Shown here piece after piece: positions 12,577 through 25,671 of a DNA stretch of 64,000 nt. Source of the stretch: Octopus vulgaris (taxonomy: Eukaryota); the NCBI GenBank assembly GCA_951406725.2, contig OX597836.1, positions 41,292,001 to 41,356,000 of the forward strand, given 5' to 3'. Each line of letters starts with the position of its first letter. The stretch's first letter is position 1. Below the pieces are notes generated by a model, which worked only from the letters and a program-made list of their open reading frames with translations, ran no database searches and was not told the origin of the DNA. Made by a program: the position numbers and the translations under genes.

Positions 12577-12981
12577 GGCGCAGGAGTGGCTGTGTGGTAA
12601 ATAGCTTGCTTACCAACCACATGGTTCGGGGTTCAGTCCCACTGCGTGGCACCTTGGGCAAGTGTCTTCTGCTATAGCCCCGGGTCGACCAAAGCCTTGT
12701 GAGTGGATTTGGTAGACGGAAACTGAAAGAAGCCCGTCATATATATGTATATATATGTATGTGCATGTATGTTTGTGTGTGTGTGTTTGTCCCCCTAGCA
12801 TTGCTTGACAACCGATGCTGGTGTGTTTATGTCCCCGTCACCTAGCGGTTCGGCAAAAGAGACCGATAGAATAAGTACTAGGCTTACAAGAATAAGTCCC
12901 GGGGTCGATTTGCTCGACTAAAGGCGGTGCTCCAGCATGGCCGCAGTCAAATGACTGAAACAAGTAAAAGAGTAAAAGAGT
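12577..12981 (+). mobile_element. SINE family 1, full length
   Basis: Matches the family. Confidence 0.9.
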
Positions 12982-13035
12982 AGGGGAACATCAGCAACAA
13001 AAGTAACACGGACAACAACAACAGCAACAACAAGT

Positions 13036-13220
13036 GGAAGCGTAATGGCCCAGTGGTTAGGGCAGCGGACTAGCGGTCGTAAGAACGCGGTTTCGATTCC
13101 CAGACCGGGCATTGTGAGTGTTTATTGAGCAAAAACACCTAAGCTCCACGAGGCTCCGGTGGGGTGGTGGTGGTGAAGCCCGCTGTACTCTTTCACCACA
13201 ACTCTCTCTCAATCTTTCTT
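13036..13220 (+). mobile_element. SINE family 2 head and body
   Basis: AATGGCCCAGTGGTTAGGGCAGCGG...GTTTCGATTCCCAGACCGGG. Confidence 0.75.
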
Positions 13221-13519
13221 TCTACCTCTGCCGTAAAGCAGAGGAACCACGGTATAACCCACTATGGTGCGGTAAACTTTCAGACCCTAGTCTAGATTGC
13301 GAATCCTCTGTACCCCTAGGCTGGATGGTTCAGCTCTCCACCCGTTAGAAAAAGCCACCGTTTACGGAATGAGGATAACAACGTAGCTTTCGCGCCCGTG
13401 CAACCGCAAGTCTATCGCGGTGGTGGGTGGATCTTCAAGTTGCCACACGCATTCTTAGTAGCTTAGAGTAGGCTCGAATTAGAGATTATTCTTTGTGGCT
13501 AATGGCGTGAGTCCTGATT

Positions 13520-13911
13520 GGAAGAAGAAGAAGAAGAAGAAGAAGAAGAAGAAGAAGAAGAAGAAGAAGAAGAAGAAGAAGAAGAAGAAGAAGAAGAAGA
13601 AGAAGAAGAAGAAGAAGAAGAAGAAGAAGAAGAAGAAGAAGAAGAGGAAGAGGAGGAGGAGAGAAGAAGAAGAAGAAGAAGGAGGAGGAGGAGGAGGAGA
13701 AGAAGAAGAAGAAGAAGAAGAAGAAGAAGAAGAAGAAGAAGAAGAAGAAGAAGAAGAAGAAGAAGAAGAAGAAGAAGAAGAAGAAGAAGAAGAAGAAGAA
13801 GAAGAAGAAGAAGAAGGAGGAGAAGAAGAAGAAGAAGAAGGAGAAAAAGAAGAAGAAGAAGGGAGAAGAAGAAGAAGAAGAAGAAGAAGAAGAAGAAGAA
13901 GAAGAAGAAGA
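13520..13911 (+). repeat. (GAA)n/(GGA)n polypurine tract, ~390 bp
   Basis: Direct reading. Confidence 0.95.
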
Positions 13912-14095
13912 CAGCAACAGCATCAGCATAAGCAATCGTAAAAGCAACAACAGTAACAAGCAACAATAACAACAACAACATTTGGCTCTCTAATATCGAA
14001 CCAAAGAGAATCCAATATAATGTCCGCTGCAACTGACGTATGATAAATGTTTATGAGGTCAGAATTATTGAAAGATAACAAGAACAATCACAGCA

Positions 14096-14165
<70 letters not shown>

Positions 14166-14205
14166 CAATAATAATAATGATAATAATAATAATAATAATA
14201 ATAAT

Positions 14206-14687
14206 TGTTTTGTCTTGGTATAAAAGATGGGCTACAGCAAATATTCTGCTCAAGACCACAGATTTGCTTGTCAGTTGTTTGACCTTAACCAGTTGAGCAT
14301 GTCCCTTAGTGGCTGACGATATGTGCCTCTCTGATCACGAGCAGAAGTAGTGGGGGAGCATCATAGCCATGTGTTGAGAAGGATTCTTTGGGGCTTGAAT
14401 AATTCACCTCTGGAAACATGGGTGGTTCTTTCTACATCCTTAAACAACCCTTATTCAGGGACCTTTTGAGCAGGATGGGCTACTCAACCTGAAGAAAATT
14501 CTAACTGGGTCCCACCTGCAAGGTCATGTGCTGTTTATCTTGATATGAGATCACCATGTCGCGCACATATGGTTGTGATGCATGTGCCTGGTGTACCCTT
14601 ATCAGACGGGTAGTCATGATGGGTATACATGGGCTTCGTATATTTTACCCCAGTGTCACTTTGATGGCATGCACTGCTCTCTCACTC

Positions 14688-14688
<1 letters not shown>
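14206..14688. mobile_element. Putative non-autonomous element embedded in (TAA)n
   Basis: About 480 bp of complex sequence with long (AAT)n arrays on both sides; no ORF recognised. Confidence 0.45.
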
Positions 14689-14747
<59 letters not shown>

Positions 14748-15058
14748 TTTGTCTTTTTTATTTTTTTTCATTATATCATAACTTTTTGGTCGTCGTGTTG
14801 TTATTGGAGTTGGGGGTTCTGTTTCGAATTCAGCCTAAATTTTGTTTTGGCGTTGAGGTCACAAGGTGTGGTAATAAGAAAGTTTGGAACAATAGCTGTA
14901 GCAGCAGCAGCAGCAGTAGCAGTACTACTAGTAGTAGTAGTAGTAGCAGCAGCAGCAGCAATAGTAGTAGTAGTAGTAGTAGCAGCAGTTGCTGGTTGTG
15001 GTTAGGGAATGGCAGTTCTGAAAATACACACACACACACACTCACACACACACACACT

Positions 15059-15096
<38 letters not shown>

Positions 15097-15140
15097 CACT
15101 CGCGGGTTCGAATCTCAGACTGTTGTCATCGGGACCATAT

Positions 15141-16023
15141 GGATCATTCTTGCCATATTGTTATGTTGTCTTTTGTACTGGCGTTGTGCCAATAGCGGAC
15201 ATTCCCTAACGATGTGCCATACTCTTTCACTCCTCTAGCCACACATTCTGTATTTGTCGGTAGTGTTGTCGATTTTGTTCCCATAGTTAGTCCTTAATGC
15301 TTCTTCTGGTAGAAGTGTTGTCTATCTTCAAGACTTCCTTATCCATTATTAGTTAGGATCATTCTTGCCATATTGTTATGTTGTCTTTTGTACTGGTGTT
15401 GTGCCAATAGCGGGCATTCTTAACTGTGCCACACATTCTGCTTTTGCACTTCCCATAGTTAGTTCTTAATGCTTCTTCTTGTGCTGCACATAAGAAGTGT
15501 TTCTGCCTCTATCTTCAAGTCACTCCTCCTTATCCATTATTAGTGGAGGATCATTCTTGCCATATTGTTATGTTGTCTTTTGTACTGGCGTTGTGCCAAT
15601 AGCGGGCATTCCCTAACGATGTGCCATACTCTTTCACTCCCCTAGCCACACATTCTGTATTTGTCGGTAGTGTTGTCGATTTTGCACTTCCCATAGTTAG
15701 TCCTTAATGCTTCTTCTTGTGCTGCACATAAGAAGTGTTTCTGCCTCTATCTTCAAGTCACTCCTCCTTATCCATTATTAGTGGAGGATCATTCTTGCCA
15801 TATTGTTATGTTGTCTTTTGTACTGGCGTTGTGCCAATAGCGGGCATTCCCTAACGATGTGCCATACTCTTTCACTCCCCTAGCCACACATTCTGTATTT
15901 GTCGGTAGTGTTGTCGATTTTGCACTTCACTTGTTAGTCCTCAATGCTTGTTCTTGTGCTGCACATAAGAAGTGTTTCTGCCTCTATCTTCAGGTCACTC
16001 CTCCTTATCCATTATTAGTGGAG
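15141..16023 (-). repeat. Four tandem copies (~238 bp; first two with deletions) of an R4/Dong-like non-LTR retrotransposon CCHC fragment
   Basis: Units start at 15141, 15356, 15548 and 15786. The minus strand encodes AAQEEALRTN...DKYRMCG*..ERVWHIVRECPLLAQRQYKRQHNNMARMI, matching the CRxC..HI..C..RHN motif of restriction-like-endonuclease elements. Confidence 0.75.
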
Positions 16024-16241
16024 GAGACGTGTTGAGCTTAGTGATGAGGTGTTGGACTCATGATTGTAAGACTGCGGTTTCGATTCCTGGACCGGGCGAT
16101 GCCTTGCTGCTTATTTTAATTATAATCACCTCATTTTGAATTATATGGACAATATCATACTAAATTCTGGTGCCTTTAACTTAAGTGCCATATTCATCCG
16201 AATCTAAATTTTACTAATATATATATATATATATATATATT

Positions 16242-16441
16242 GTGATGTGTACCGTTGGCGATTTTTTCCCTCTGTCTTCCCTTCTTTGGATCTTTCCTTC
16301 TCTATGTTTCCGACGAAGAGCTTCGCTCGAAACGTCAAACCCTCCTCCTTTCCTCCTTTCCTGAGCGTCCAATTATACTATATTTGTTTCACGTCCTCGC
16401 GTTGTTGTGTTTTTTTTGTGCTTTCTTGTTTGGATTAACTT
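16242..16441 (+). mobile_element. Hammerhead element family A
   Basis: Homologous to the other A copies; inserted in (TA)n. Confidence 0.75.
16306..16340 (+). ncRNA. Minimal hammerhead motif (family A, U4C variant)
   Basis: GUUU-CCGACGA-A-GAGC(UUC)GCUC-GAAA-CG-UC^AAAC; helix I GUUU/AAAC. Confidence 0.65.
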
Positions 16442-16475
16442 TATATATATATATGTGTGTGTATGTATGTATCTA

Positions 16476-16646
16476 TGTGACCTCGTGTGTACCGTTTACG
16501 ATTTTTTTCCTCTGTCTTCCTTTCTCTGGATCTTTCCTTCTATGTTTCCGACGAAGAGCTCCGCTTTCCTGAGCTTCCAATAATACTATATTTGTTTCAC
16601 GTCCTCGCGTTGTTGTGTTTTTTTTTGTGCTTTCTTGTTTGGATTA

Positions 16647-16650
<4 letters not shown>
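16476..16650 (+). mobile_element. Family A tandem copy with the GAAACGU segment deleted
   Basis: Direct repeat of 16242-16441 lacking about 20 nt of the ribozyme 3' half. Confidence 0.7.
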
Positions 16651-16682
<32 letters not shown>

Positions 16683-16787
16683 GGAGTAAACACATAAATG
16701 TGAAACATACTTTTGACACGATATTGTACACCAGAACGTGAAATGCATTCGATGCAGGATTTTATCACTATAGTGACAGCTGCAGAT

Positions 16788-16831
16788 TACCAGACACGAT
16801 GTTTCCGCGTGATTTCGCCACTTCAATGGTA
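16788..16831 (-). ncRNA. Degenerate hammerhead motif (family D)
   Basis: UACCA-UUGAAGU-G-GCG(AAAUCA)CGC-G-GAAA-CA(UCG)UG-UC^UGGUA: perfect 5-bp helix I and two core changes. The element end at 16680 also occurs at 24095-24120. Confidence 0.45.
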
Positions 16832-17063
16832 GATACTGCCGCTGTCATTCGGAGTTAAACCGGAACTTATGCTCCTATATATAGAAAACGACCGACAACA
16901 TATTTGCTGGTGTGTGCTGAGGCTTGCCAAGTTAGGATGTTAGAAATAAAGATACATATCTTTACACACACATACACACACACACACCACACCACACAAA
17001 CGTACGCACGCACAAACATGTGTGTGGATATACGTATTTTTTATATCTATGTATGCGTATATT

Positions 17064-17100
<37 letters not shown>

Positions 17101-17176
17101 GCATATATAAACATTTATGTATATGCAAACATATATATATAAAGGCATATATGTATATGCGAATATATATATTTAT

Positions 17177-17230
<54 letters not shown>

Positions 17231-17566
17231 GAATATATATTTACATATACACATACATATATAGATATAAAGACATATATATATGCATACATACATATAT
17301 ATATAAAGACATATATATATATATATATATATGACACACATTTTTACATATATGTATATATAAAGGCATATATGTATATGCGAATATATATATATATATA
17401 CAGATATATATAAATATATATACAAATACACACAGACACACACACACACATATATATATAAACACACACACATATATATGCATACATATATATATATATG
17501 TGCATACACACACATATATATGCATACATGCATATATATATTTATATATGTATATATATATATTTA

Positions 17567-17605
<39 letters not shown>

Positions 17606-17611
17606 TATATA

Positions 17612-17659
<48 letters not shown>

Positions 17660-17682
17660 TATATATATATATACATACATAC

Positions 17683-17727
<45 letters not shown>

Positions 17728-18261
17728 TATATATATATATATATACATATATATTTTACATAGTTACATAGAACGATAGCGACAAAGACACAGACCGACA
17801 ATTAGGAAGATAATAATATGCAGATTGCTAAATATCAGTTTCATAACATAATGCACGTTGTATTTTTATTGCAACCGTTTCGATAAAATCAGTGAAATGG
17901 CGGAAAACAACTTTTTTTCCCTAATTGAATGTTCTGTCAATGGACTGTAATAACAAACCGGAAACTGTGAATTATACTTCTTCCTCGAGACGCCATTACC
18001 GGAAGTCACTAAATTGGTATATTGTTTGCGCAAACTTGATTTGTATCATTTCCCATTATTTTGCGCCATTGTTGTTGCATTGGATTGATGGAATCACTAG
18101 AGCGTCTGACATAATGCTTTGCGGCATTCGTTTCGGGTTTGTATGCTCTGAGATCGAATCGTGTAGAGGTCAACTTCACCTTTCATCGCTTCGAGGTTGA
18201 TAAAGTAAATATATATATGCATATACACATACATATATAGATATAAAGACATATATATATA

Positions 18262-18490
18262 AATCCTTAAATCCTTAAAAATGTTTTAGCCCGAAGGCCG
18301 CGGCCATGCCAGGGCACCACTGCTGAATGAGCTACACTAATATGTGAATCCACCTCTGATACGTGGAACTTGATCAACAAGGGCGTTCGATGCTGCTGCC
18401 CGCATCTGCGTCTCCTGTCGTGAGGTAGGTTCATCTGGGACTCCCGACAAGAAGAGATCCAGTTTAGTTTTAAACAAACCCACATCCACA

Positions 18491-18492
<2 letters not shown>
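18262..18492 (-). mobile_element. CR1-clade LINE extreme 3' end
   Basis: Encodes [16 protein letters not shown]...[10 protein letters not shown]; short 3' UTR with a stem-loop and (TTTAAGGA)n tail. Confidence 0.75.
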
Positions 18493-18563
<71 letters not shown>

Positions 18564-18632
18564 TTCATACATATATATATAAAGACATATATATATACAT
18601 ATGCATACACACACACATATTATATATATATA

Positions 18633-18836
18633 GTTAATCCAAACATGAAAACACAAAGAGAAAACACAACAACGCGAGGACGTGGAACAAGTAAAGTATT
18701 ATTGGACGCTCAGGAAAGAAGGAAAGAAGGAGGGTTCAACGTTTCGAGCGGAGCTCTTCGTCAGAAACATAGGAAAAGGAAAGATCCAAAGAAGGGAAGA
18801 CGGAGGAAAAAAATCACCAACGGTACACCCGCGGTC
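18633..18836 (-). mobile_element. Hammerhead element family A
   Basis: Homologous to the other A copies. Confidence 0.75.
18734..18768 (-). ncRNA. Minimal hammerhead motif (family A, canonical core)
   Basis: GUUU-CUGACGA-A-GAGC(UCC)GCUC-GAAA-CG-UU^GAAC. Confidence 0.7.
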
Positions 18837-18873
<37 letters not shown>

Positions 18874-18904
18874 TATATATATATATACATATATGTATAT
18901 ACAA

Positions 18905-19133
18905 ACATCATGTTGGATCGTTAGCCCCTACACGCAATTTTTTCTCTCCTTGTTTCTTTTCTGTGTATCTTTCTGTTGAAGAGCGTAGGCTCGAAACGTA
19001 AAAGACTTGTTTTATTTCTATTCCTGAGCGCCATACTAATACATTGTTTGTTTGTACTCCGCCTGTCTTCGTCTCTTGTTTATTTTCGTAAACCTGCCTT
19101 CGTCTTTTGTTTATTTTCGTAAACCTTCCCGTT
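18905..19133 (+). mobile_element. Hammerhead element family B
   Basis: Homologous to 36537-36710. Motif at 18968-19005 reads UCUUU-CUGUUGA-A-GAGC(GUAG)GCUC-GAAA-CG-UA^AAAGA. Confidence 0.7.
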
Positions 19134-19889
19134 ATATAAAGGCATATATGTATATGCGAATATATATATATTCTCATTCAAGTAAATCGGATTAACCCAC
19201 CTCCAGTTTTAAATCTTAGCCCATGGACCTATATTAAAAACAGTTATTAGAGAGTTTTGTCTTGTGGCATTTCTTCCGACTGTTTACGATCGGAGTTCAA
19301 ATCCCAGCAACATCAACTTTCCATGTTTTGCTACAATTTGTTATTAGGAGCACCAACAATATTTTGACTGATGTTCTTTGGTTTGTTTTGCCCCTTTAAA
19401 GGACAATTTTCTGCATTTCAAAGAAACGCTCGTTTAGCGTTTTTGAAAAAGATGCACACACAAGATGGTGTCGAAAGGGTGGGGGGGGGAACTGTTTCTG
19501 CCATCAGCCCTTCTACAGCCGAAGACTTCCCTCCACTCACACTAAATAACTGAGTCGAGTGGAGAGCGGTGTGACAGCGGCAACAACAACAACAACAAAA
19601 ACATCATCATCATCAACAACATCATTATCATCATCATCACCACTACCACCACCATCATCATCATAATCAGCAGCAGCAGCAGCAGCAGTACCACTACCAT
19701 CACCACTACAAGTAGTAAAATGACGTTAAACATACAGAGGGACAACTGATACAGTGAAAACAGCAGCAACAACAGCAACCCTACTATAACTACCAGTGGG
19801 AACAGCAAATCCACCACCACTGCCACCACCATCACCACCACCACCACCACCACCACCACCACCACACAACAATCACTAAGGCACTGACA

Positions 19890-21810
19890 TAAAGCCAGTG
19901 GCAGTGAGCAACAAAAACAACGCTGAGGAGTACCTCTGAAGAACTGCCTTGTTGAGAATATCGAGTGTTATACCTGACGTGACCGTCTGGTGGATCGTAG
20001 CCTGTGTTGCCTTGGAGGACTCAGAGACACTCCTAGATGTCCAACGAAGCAACAGAGAGAATTCGAGATATTCTTCTCCAGAAGAAACCTGAAAACAAAA
20101 ATCCCGGAGCTTATAGAGCTGCTCAACGGGGTCGAACTACGTGTTGTTGTGGGAGGTAGAAAGCCTAAGTATGAAATTTGTGGGCTACACAAGCCACCTT
20201 ACAGGCTTATACCACCAAGAAGATAGGAGGGACTGTGTGCTCAAGAACAGCAACATTCCACACTTGCATTATTATCATCAGCAACGGAGACAGCAGAAAC
20301 ACCAAAGTTACCGTTGTTTGGATCCACAACACCAATGCCAACAACTTACACCAGCAGTTGTGAAACTAATAAGACCTCCACATTCGGCAACAACAAAAGC
20401 AACTGAATCCCAAAAACGAAAAAGACAAAAATGGAGACAGAAAAAAACCATCTTGCCTCACCAACACGCACACATACACATAACAGAAAATATAAAAATC
20501 GCTCTTACAACAAATGCAGATACATTGACAAAAACATCAACCCCACCGGCTCCACGACTGTCAGCACAACTACCTCCACCACCACCACCACCACCAGTAG
20601 CAGCTCCACTGACACTATCAAAACCCCACCTCGCCCCCAAAACCACAGCCAACCCCACTAGTGAAGAGAGCCAACAAAGAATTGATAGCCCTCATAATGC
20701 GAAATATTGAGAGAGGCGGAGTATCTTTGGCACTAGCAATTTCAAAGTGCCAACAATTTTGATGGTAGAGCGCATGCCACTTGAGACGTATAAAAACATT
20801 GGGGTGGTTTTCCAGTATGACGTGAGAATCCCTAATGTAAATCCTCGCTATCCTGCTTAGTCGCTTCCAACTGGCTGGCAGGTACCGACTGAATTTTCCG
20901 TATGTGTAAATACGAACATGGGCAAACAACAGCAGGTCATCCAGATCGTATCAAGACAGAGTATTCTTCTGTAGGCCAGTAGATACAAGTAGCATAAGTT
21001 GTCCAATATTCGAAGTTCAATATTTGTAGCGACCGATGTGTTGACGGTGAGATTGGTTCTTGATAAATTCTTCAATGCCAAGCACAAATGTTGCATTCTT
21101 AGAGGTAGGACGCGTGCTCTAAGACGCGAGAGAATAAAAACTGTTTTGGTCCCTGGTGGAAGAGGCACAGTCATGGGCCGGGGCGGGCTCTTGTTATTCA
21201 AATCCAAGCAGATGTGTGCGGAATTTCAGCAGCACTTTGCTGAATGGTACGGAGAGCGCGGTGAGTCGGCGATGGGGGTGTATTTCACCTCCTACCTCAA
21301 CGGCATACCGCGTCTTTCGTCCAGGGATGCGGAGTTCTGTGAAATGCCAATAACAGCCGAAGACATACGAGACACAATGGTTAGCTGCAAAAGGGATAAG
21401 ACCCCAAGGCCAGATGGTCTGTCCTCCGAGCTTTATCTTCATATGCCAGACTTGTTCGGTGATCTCTTGGCTGGAATCACCGCAACTGGCAACAAAATGG
21501 TAAAATTTCCAGCGTTTTGAGCCGTGACGTGGAGGTGTTGCTGACAAAGGATCTGAACAAGAGGGACAAATAGATGATTTTAGATCCGTAACTTTGCTAA
21601 ACAAATTTTTGGCCAAGGTTTTAGTACAAGGTTGGCACTGGTTTTTCATAGACTTGTCGCTGACACGCAGACATACGCTATCCCAAACAAATCTATCTAG
21701 GACAACCTCCACCTCACGCAGTATATCATAGAAGGAGTAGGTAAGTAGCTTGGCATAGGTGAGGCTTGATAAGTTTGGATCCATCTAACGCTTTCAATAA
21801 GGTCGATCGT
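19890..21810 (+). pseudogene. Decayed L1/Tx1-like non-LTR retrotransposon (ORF1-like part plus ORF2 RT N-terminus)
   Basis: Fragments KTPRPDGLSSELY, DDFRSVTLLNKFLAKVL, QTYAIPNKSI*DNL and LDPSNAFNKVD. Upstream IPELIELLNGVELRVVVGGRKPK..CG resembles ORF1. Frameshifts and stops throughout. Confidence 0.65.
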
Positions 21811-21849
21811 TAATACACGGCATAGCGATATATATATATATATATATGT

Positions 21850-22049
21850 ACTCTTTTACGCTTTTACTTTTTTCAGTCATTTGACTGCGGCCATGCTGGA
21901 GCACCGCCTTTAATCGAGCAACTCGACCCCGGGACTTATTCTTTCAGTACTTATTCTATCCGTCTCTTTTGCCGAACCGCTAAGTAACGGGGACATAAAC
22001 ACACCAGCATCGGTTGTCAAGCAATGCTAGGGGGACAAACACAGACACA

Positions 22050-22134
<85 letters not shown>

Positions 22135-22294
22135 GACGGGCTTCTTTCAGTTTCCGTCTACCAAATCCACTCACAAGGCTTTGGTCGGCCCGAGGCTATA
22201 GTAGAAGACACTTGCCCAAGGTGCCACGCAGTGGGACTGAACTCGGAACCATGTGGTTAGTAAACAAGCTACTTACCACACAGCCACTCCTGCG

Positions 22295-22295
<1 letters not shown>
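21850..22295 (-). mobile_element. SINE family 1
   Basis: Matches the family. Confidence 0.9.
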
Positions 22296-22344
<49 letters not shown>

Positions 22345-22587
22345 TACACACAAAAACACAAACACGCACATACACACACACACACACACTAACACATACA
22401 CCTTCAAAAGCATGCACATACGGTAAAGTCGAATGGCATAATGGTTTGGGTGTAGAAAGGCAGAATCGAGAAGTTATCTATGTTTGCTCGGGGTTTACAA
22501 AGTCACAAAGAAAAAAAAAACTAACGAAAGCACAGTACAATATTATCAGCTCATACATATTTGCAGGGGACGGATGGTTCTCACTAT

Positions 22588-23063
<476 letters not shown>

Positions 23064-23142
23064 GTGCGTGTGTGTGTATGTATAAATGTACGTATGTGTG
23101 TGTGTGCGCCTGCGTGTGTGTGTGTGTATGTGTGTGTGTGTG

Positions 23143-23184
<42 letters not shown>

Positions 23185-24119
23185 TATGTGTTCATGATCC
23201 TACATATAAATTACTAACGAATGGCGTATTTAACGACAAAAGCAGCCATTAAACTATAAGTAGCCAAGCAAACGAAAATGGCCGACGTGTAACTGGTTTC
23301 TATGATTTCCCATCATGCATCACGGCAATAAAATATCATAACAATGCAGAACATGACAAGGAAAGCAACCACTAAAATATCTCGTCTAAACTAATTAAAT
23401 CACATCTGATCACATTTTAATTACTTGTGTTTTTTTTTTCGTTTTTTTTTACCGTGTTACCGGTAGTTGTTGTTGTTGTTGTTGTTGTTTTTGTTGTTTT
23501 TGTTGCTGTTCTTCTTTTCCTTCAGACGACTGTCTACCTCTCCCTCCTCCTCCTTCATGCTACTTTCTCTCTGTATTCCTCCTACCACTCTTCCTCCTCC
23601 TCTTCATTCCCTCCTCCTCTTCTTTCCTTATCACTTGGTTTTTATTTCCTACTTAAATCTTATATCTTATTCTTATGAGCCTCTTCTAACTGTTTCTACT
23701 GAGTCTGCACTTACACACGCACAAACACACACACAAACACACACACACAAACATATCTACACACATGAGTATGCATACACACACACATATGTGTGTGTGT
23801 GTGTGTGTGTGTGTGTTGTGTGTACACACACTTTTCACAGGCATACGAAATTTACAGAACCATGACAGATGCCATATTTCACCCTAAATATATGTATGTA
23901 TATATATGTATATAAATATATGTATGTATGTATATTTATACATATATTATACATATATTATATTATGTACATTATATTATATTATATACATATAAACAGA
24001 AAAATTATGCATATATATATATAAATATATATATACATTATTTAAAAGCATATTACTCTACCTCTGGTATTTGAGTACTCTTTTTTCCACCTTGTTTCAC
24101 ATTTATGTGTTTACTCCGG

Positions 24120-24150
<31 letters not shown>

Positions 24151-24152
24151 GT

Positions 24153-24202
<50 letters not shown>

Positions 24203-24204
<2 letters not shown>

Positions 24205-24855
24205 TCTTTACTCTCTTTTACTCTTTTACTTGTTTCAGTCATTTGACTGCGGCCATGCTGGAGCACCGCCTTTAGTCGAGCAAATCGACCCACCGGACTT
24301 ATTCTTTGGAAGCCTAGTACTTATTCTATCGGTCTCTTTTGCCGAACCGCTAAGTTATGGGGACGTAAACACACAACCATCGGTTGTCAAGCGATGTTGG
24401 TGGTGGTGGAGGTGGCAAACACTTACACTCAAACATATACACACACATACATATATATACATATATACATATATACGATGGGATTCTTTCAGCTTCCGTC
24501 TAACAAATACACTCATCGCCTTTTAGTCGAGTAAATCGACCACAGGACTTACTCTTTGTAAGCCTAGTACTTATTCTATCAGTCTCTTTTGCTGAACCGC
24601 TAAGTTACGGGGACGTAAACACACCACCGTCAAGCAATGGTGGGGGGACAAACACAGACACACAAACATATACACACATACATATATATATACATATATA
24701 CGACAGGCTTCTCCCAGTTTCCGTCAACCAAATCCACTCACAAGGCATTGGTCGGCCCGAAGCAATAGTAGAAGACACTTGCCCAAGGTGCCACGCAGTG
24801 GGACGGAACCATGTGGTTGGTAAGCAAGCTACTTGCCACACAGCCACTCCCGCGC
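24203..24855 (-). mobile_element. Two nested or tandem SINE family 1 copies
   Basis: A partial copy at 24203-24515 joined to a copy at 24516-24855. Confidence 0.8.
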
Positions 24856-24898
<43 letters not shown>

Positions 24899-25135
24899 GC
24901 ATATGTATATCTGTATTTTAGTATGCACGTACGTGTATGTACGGAGACACGTATATCTCTGTTCTTCAGTTGATAGACAGAGGTACAAGGGGAGAGTGAG
25001 AAAGAGAAGGGGAAAGATAGATCGATGGAAAGCTAGGTAAGCAGATAGACAAACGGATAAACCGATAGATCGTGTGGGAGATTAACATATATATTTCTAT
25101 ACACACACACACACACATACATATATACATATATA

Positions 25136-25541
25136 CTCTCACTCATTTACTCTTTTACTTGTTTCAGTCATTTGACTGCGGCCAAGCTGGAGCACCGCCT
25201 TTTTAGTCGAGCAACTCGACCCCGGGACTTATTCTTTTGTAAGCCCAGTACTTATTCTATCGGTCTCTTTTGCCGAACCGCTAGGGGACGTAAACACACC
25301 TGCATCGGTTGTCAAGCAATGCTAGGGGGACAAACACAGACACACAATCATACACGCACATATATATATATATATATACGACGGGCTTCTTTCAGTTTCC
25401 GTCTACCAAATCCACTCACAAGGCTTTGGTCGGCCCGAGGCTATAGTAGAAGACACTTGCCCAAGGTGCCACGCAGTGGGAATGAACCCAGAACCATGTG
25501 GCTGGTAAACAAACTACTTACCACACAGCCACTCCTCCGCC
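25136..25541 (-). mobile_element. SINE family 1
   Basis: Matches the family. Confidence 0.9.
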
Positions 25542-25615
25542 TATTATATATATATTTATATATCTATATCTACATGTGTGTGAATGTCTGTATATATTAG
25601 TATATACATGTAAAC

Positions 25616-25671
<56 letters not shown>

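Noticed and set aside
12577-12660. tRNA-like sequence with A and B boxes (many copies)
   Set aside because: These are SINE heads; no complete cloverleaf, and they continue into SINE bodies.
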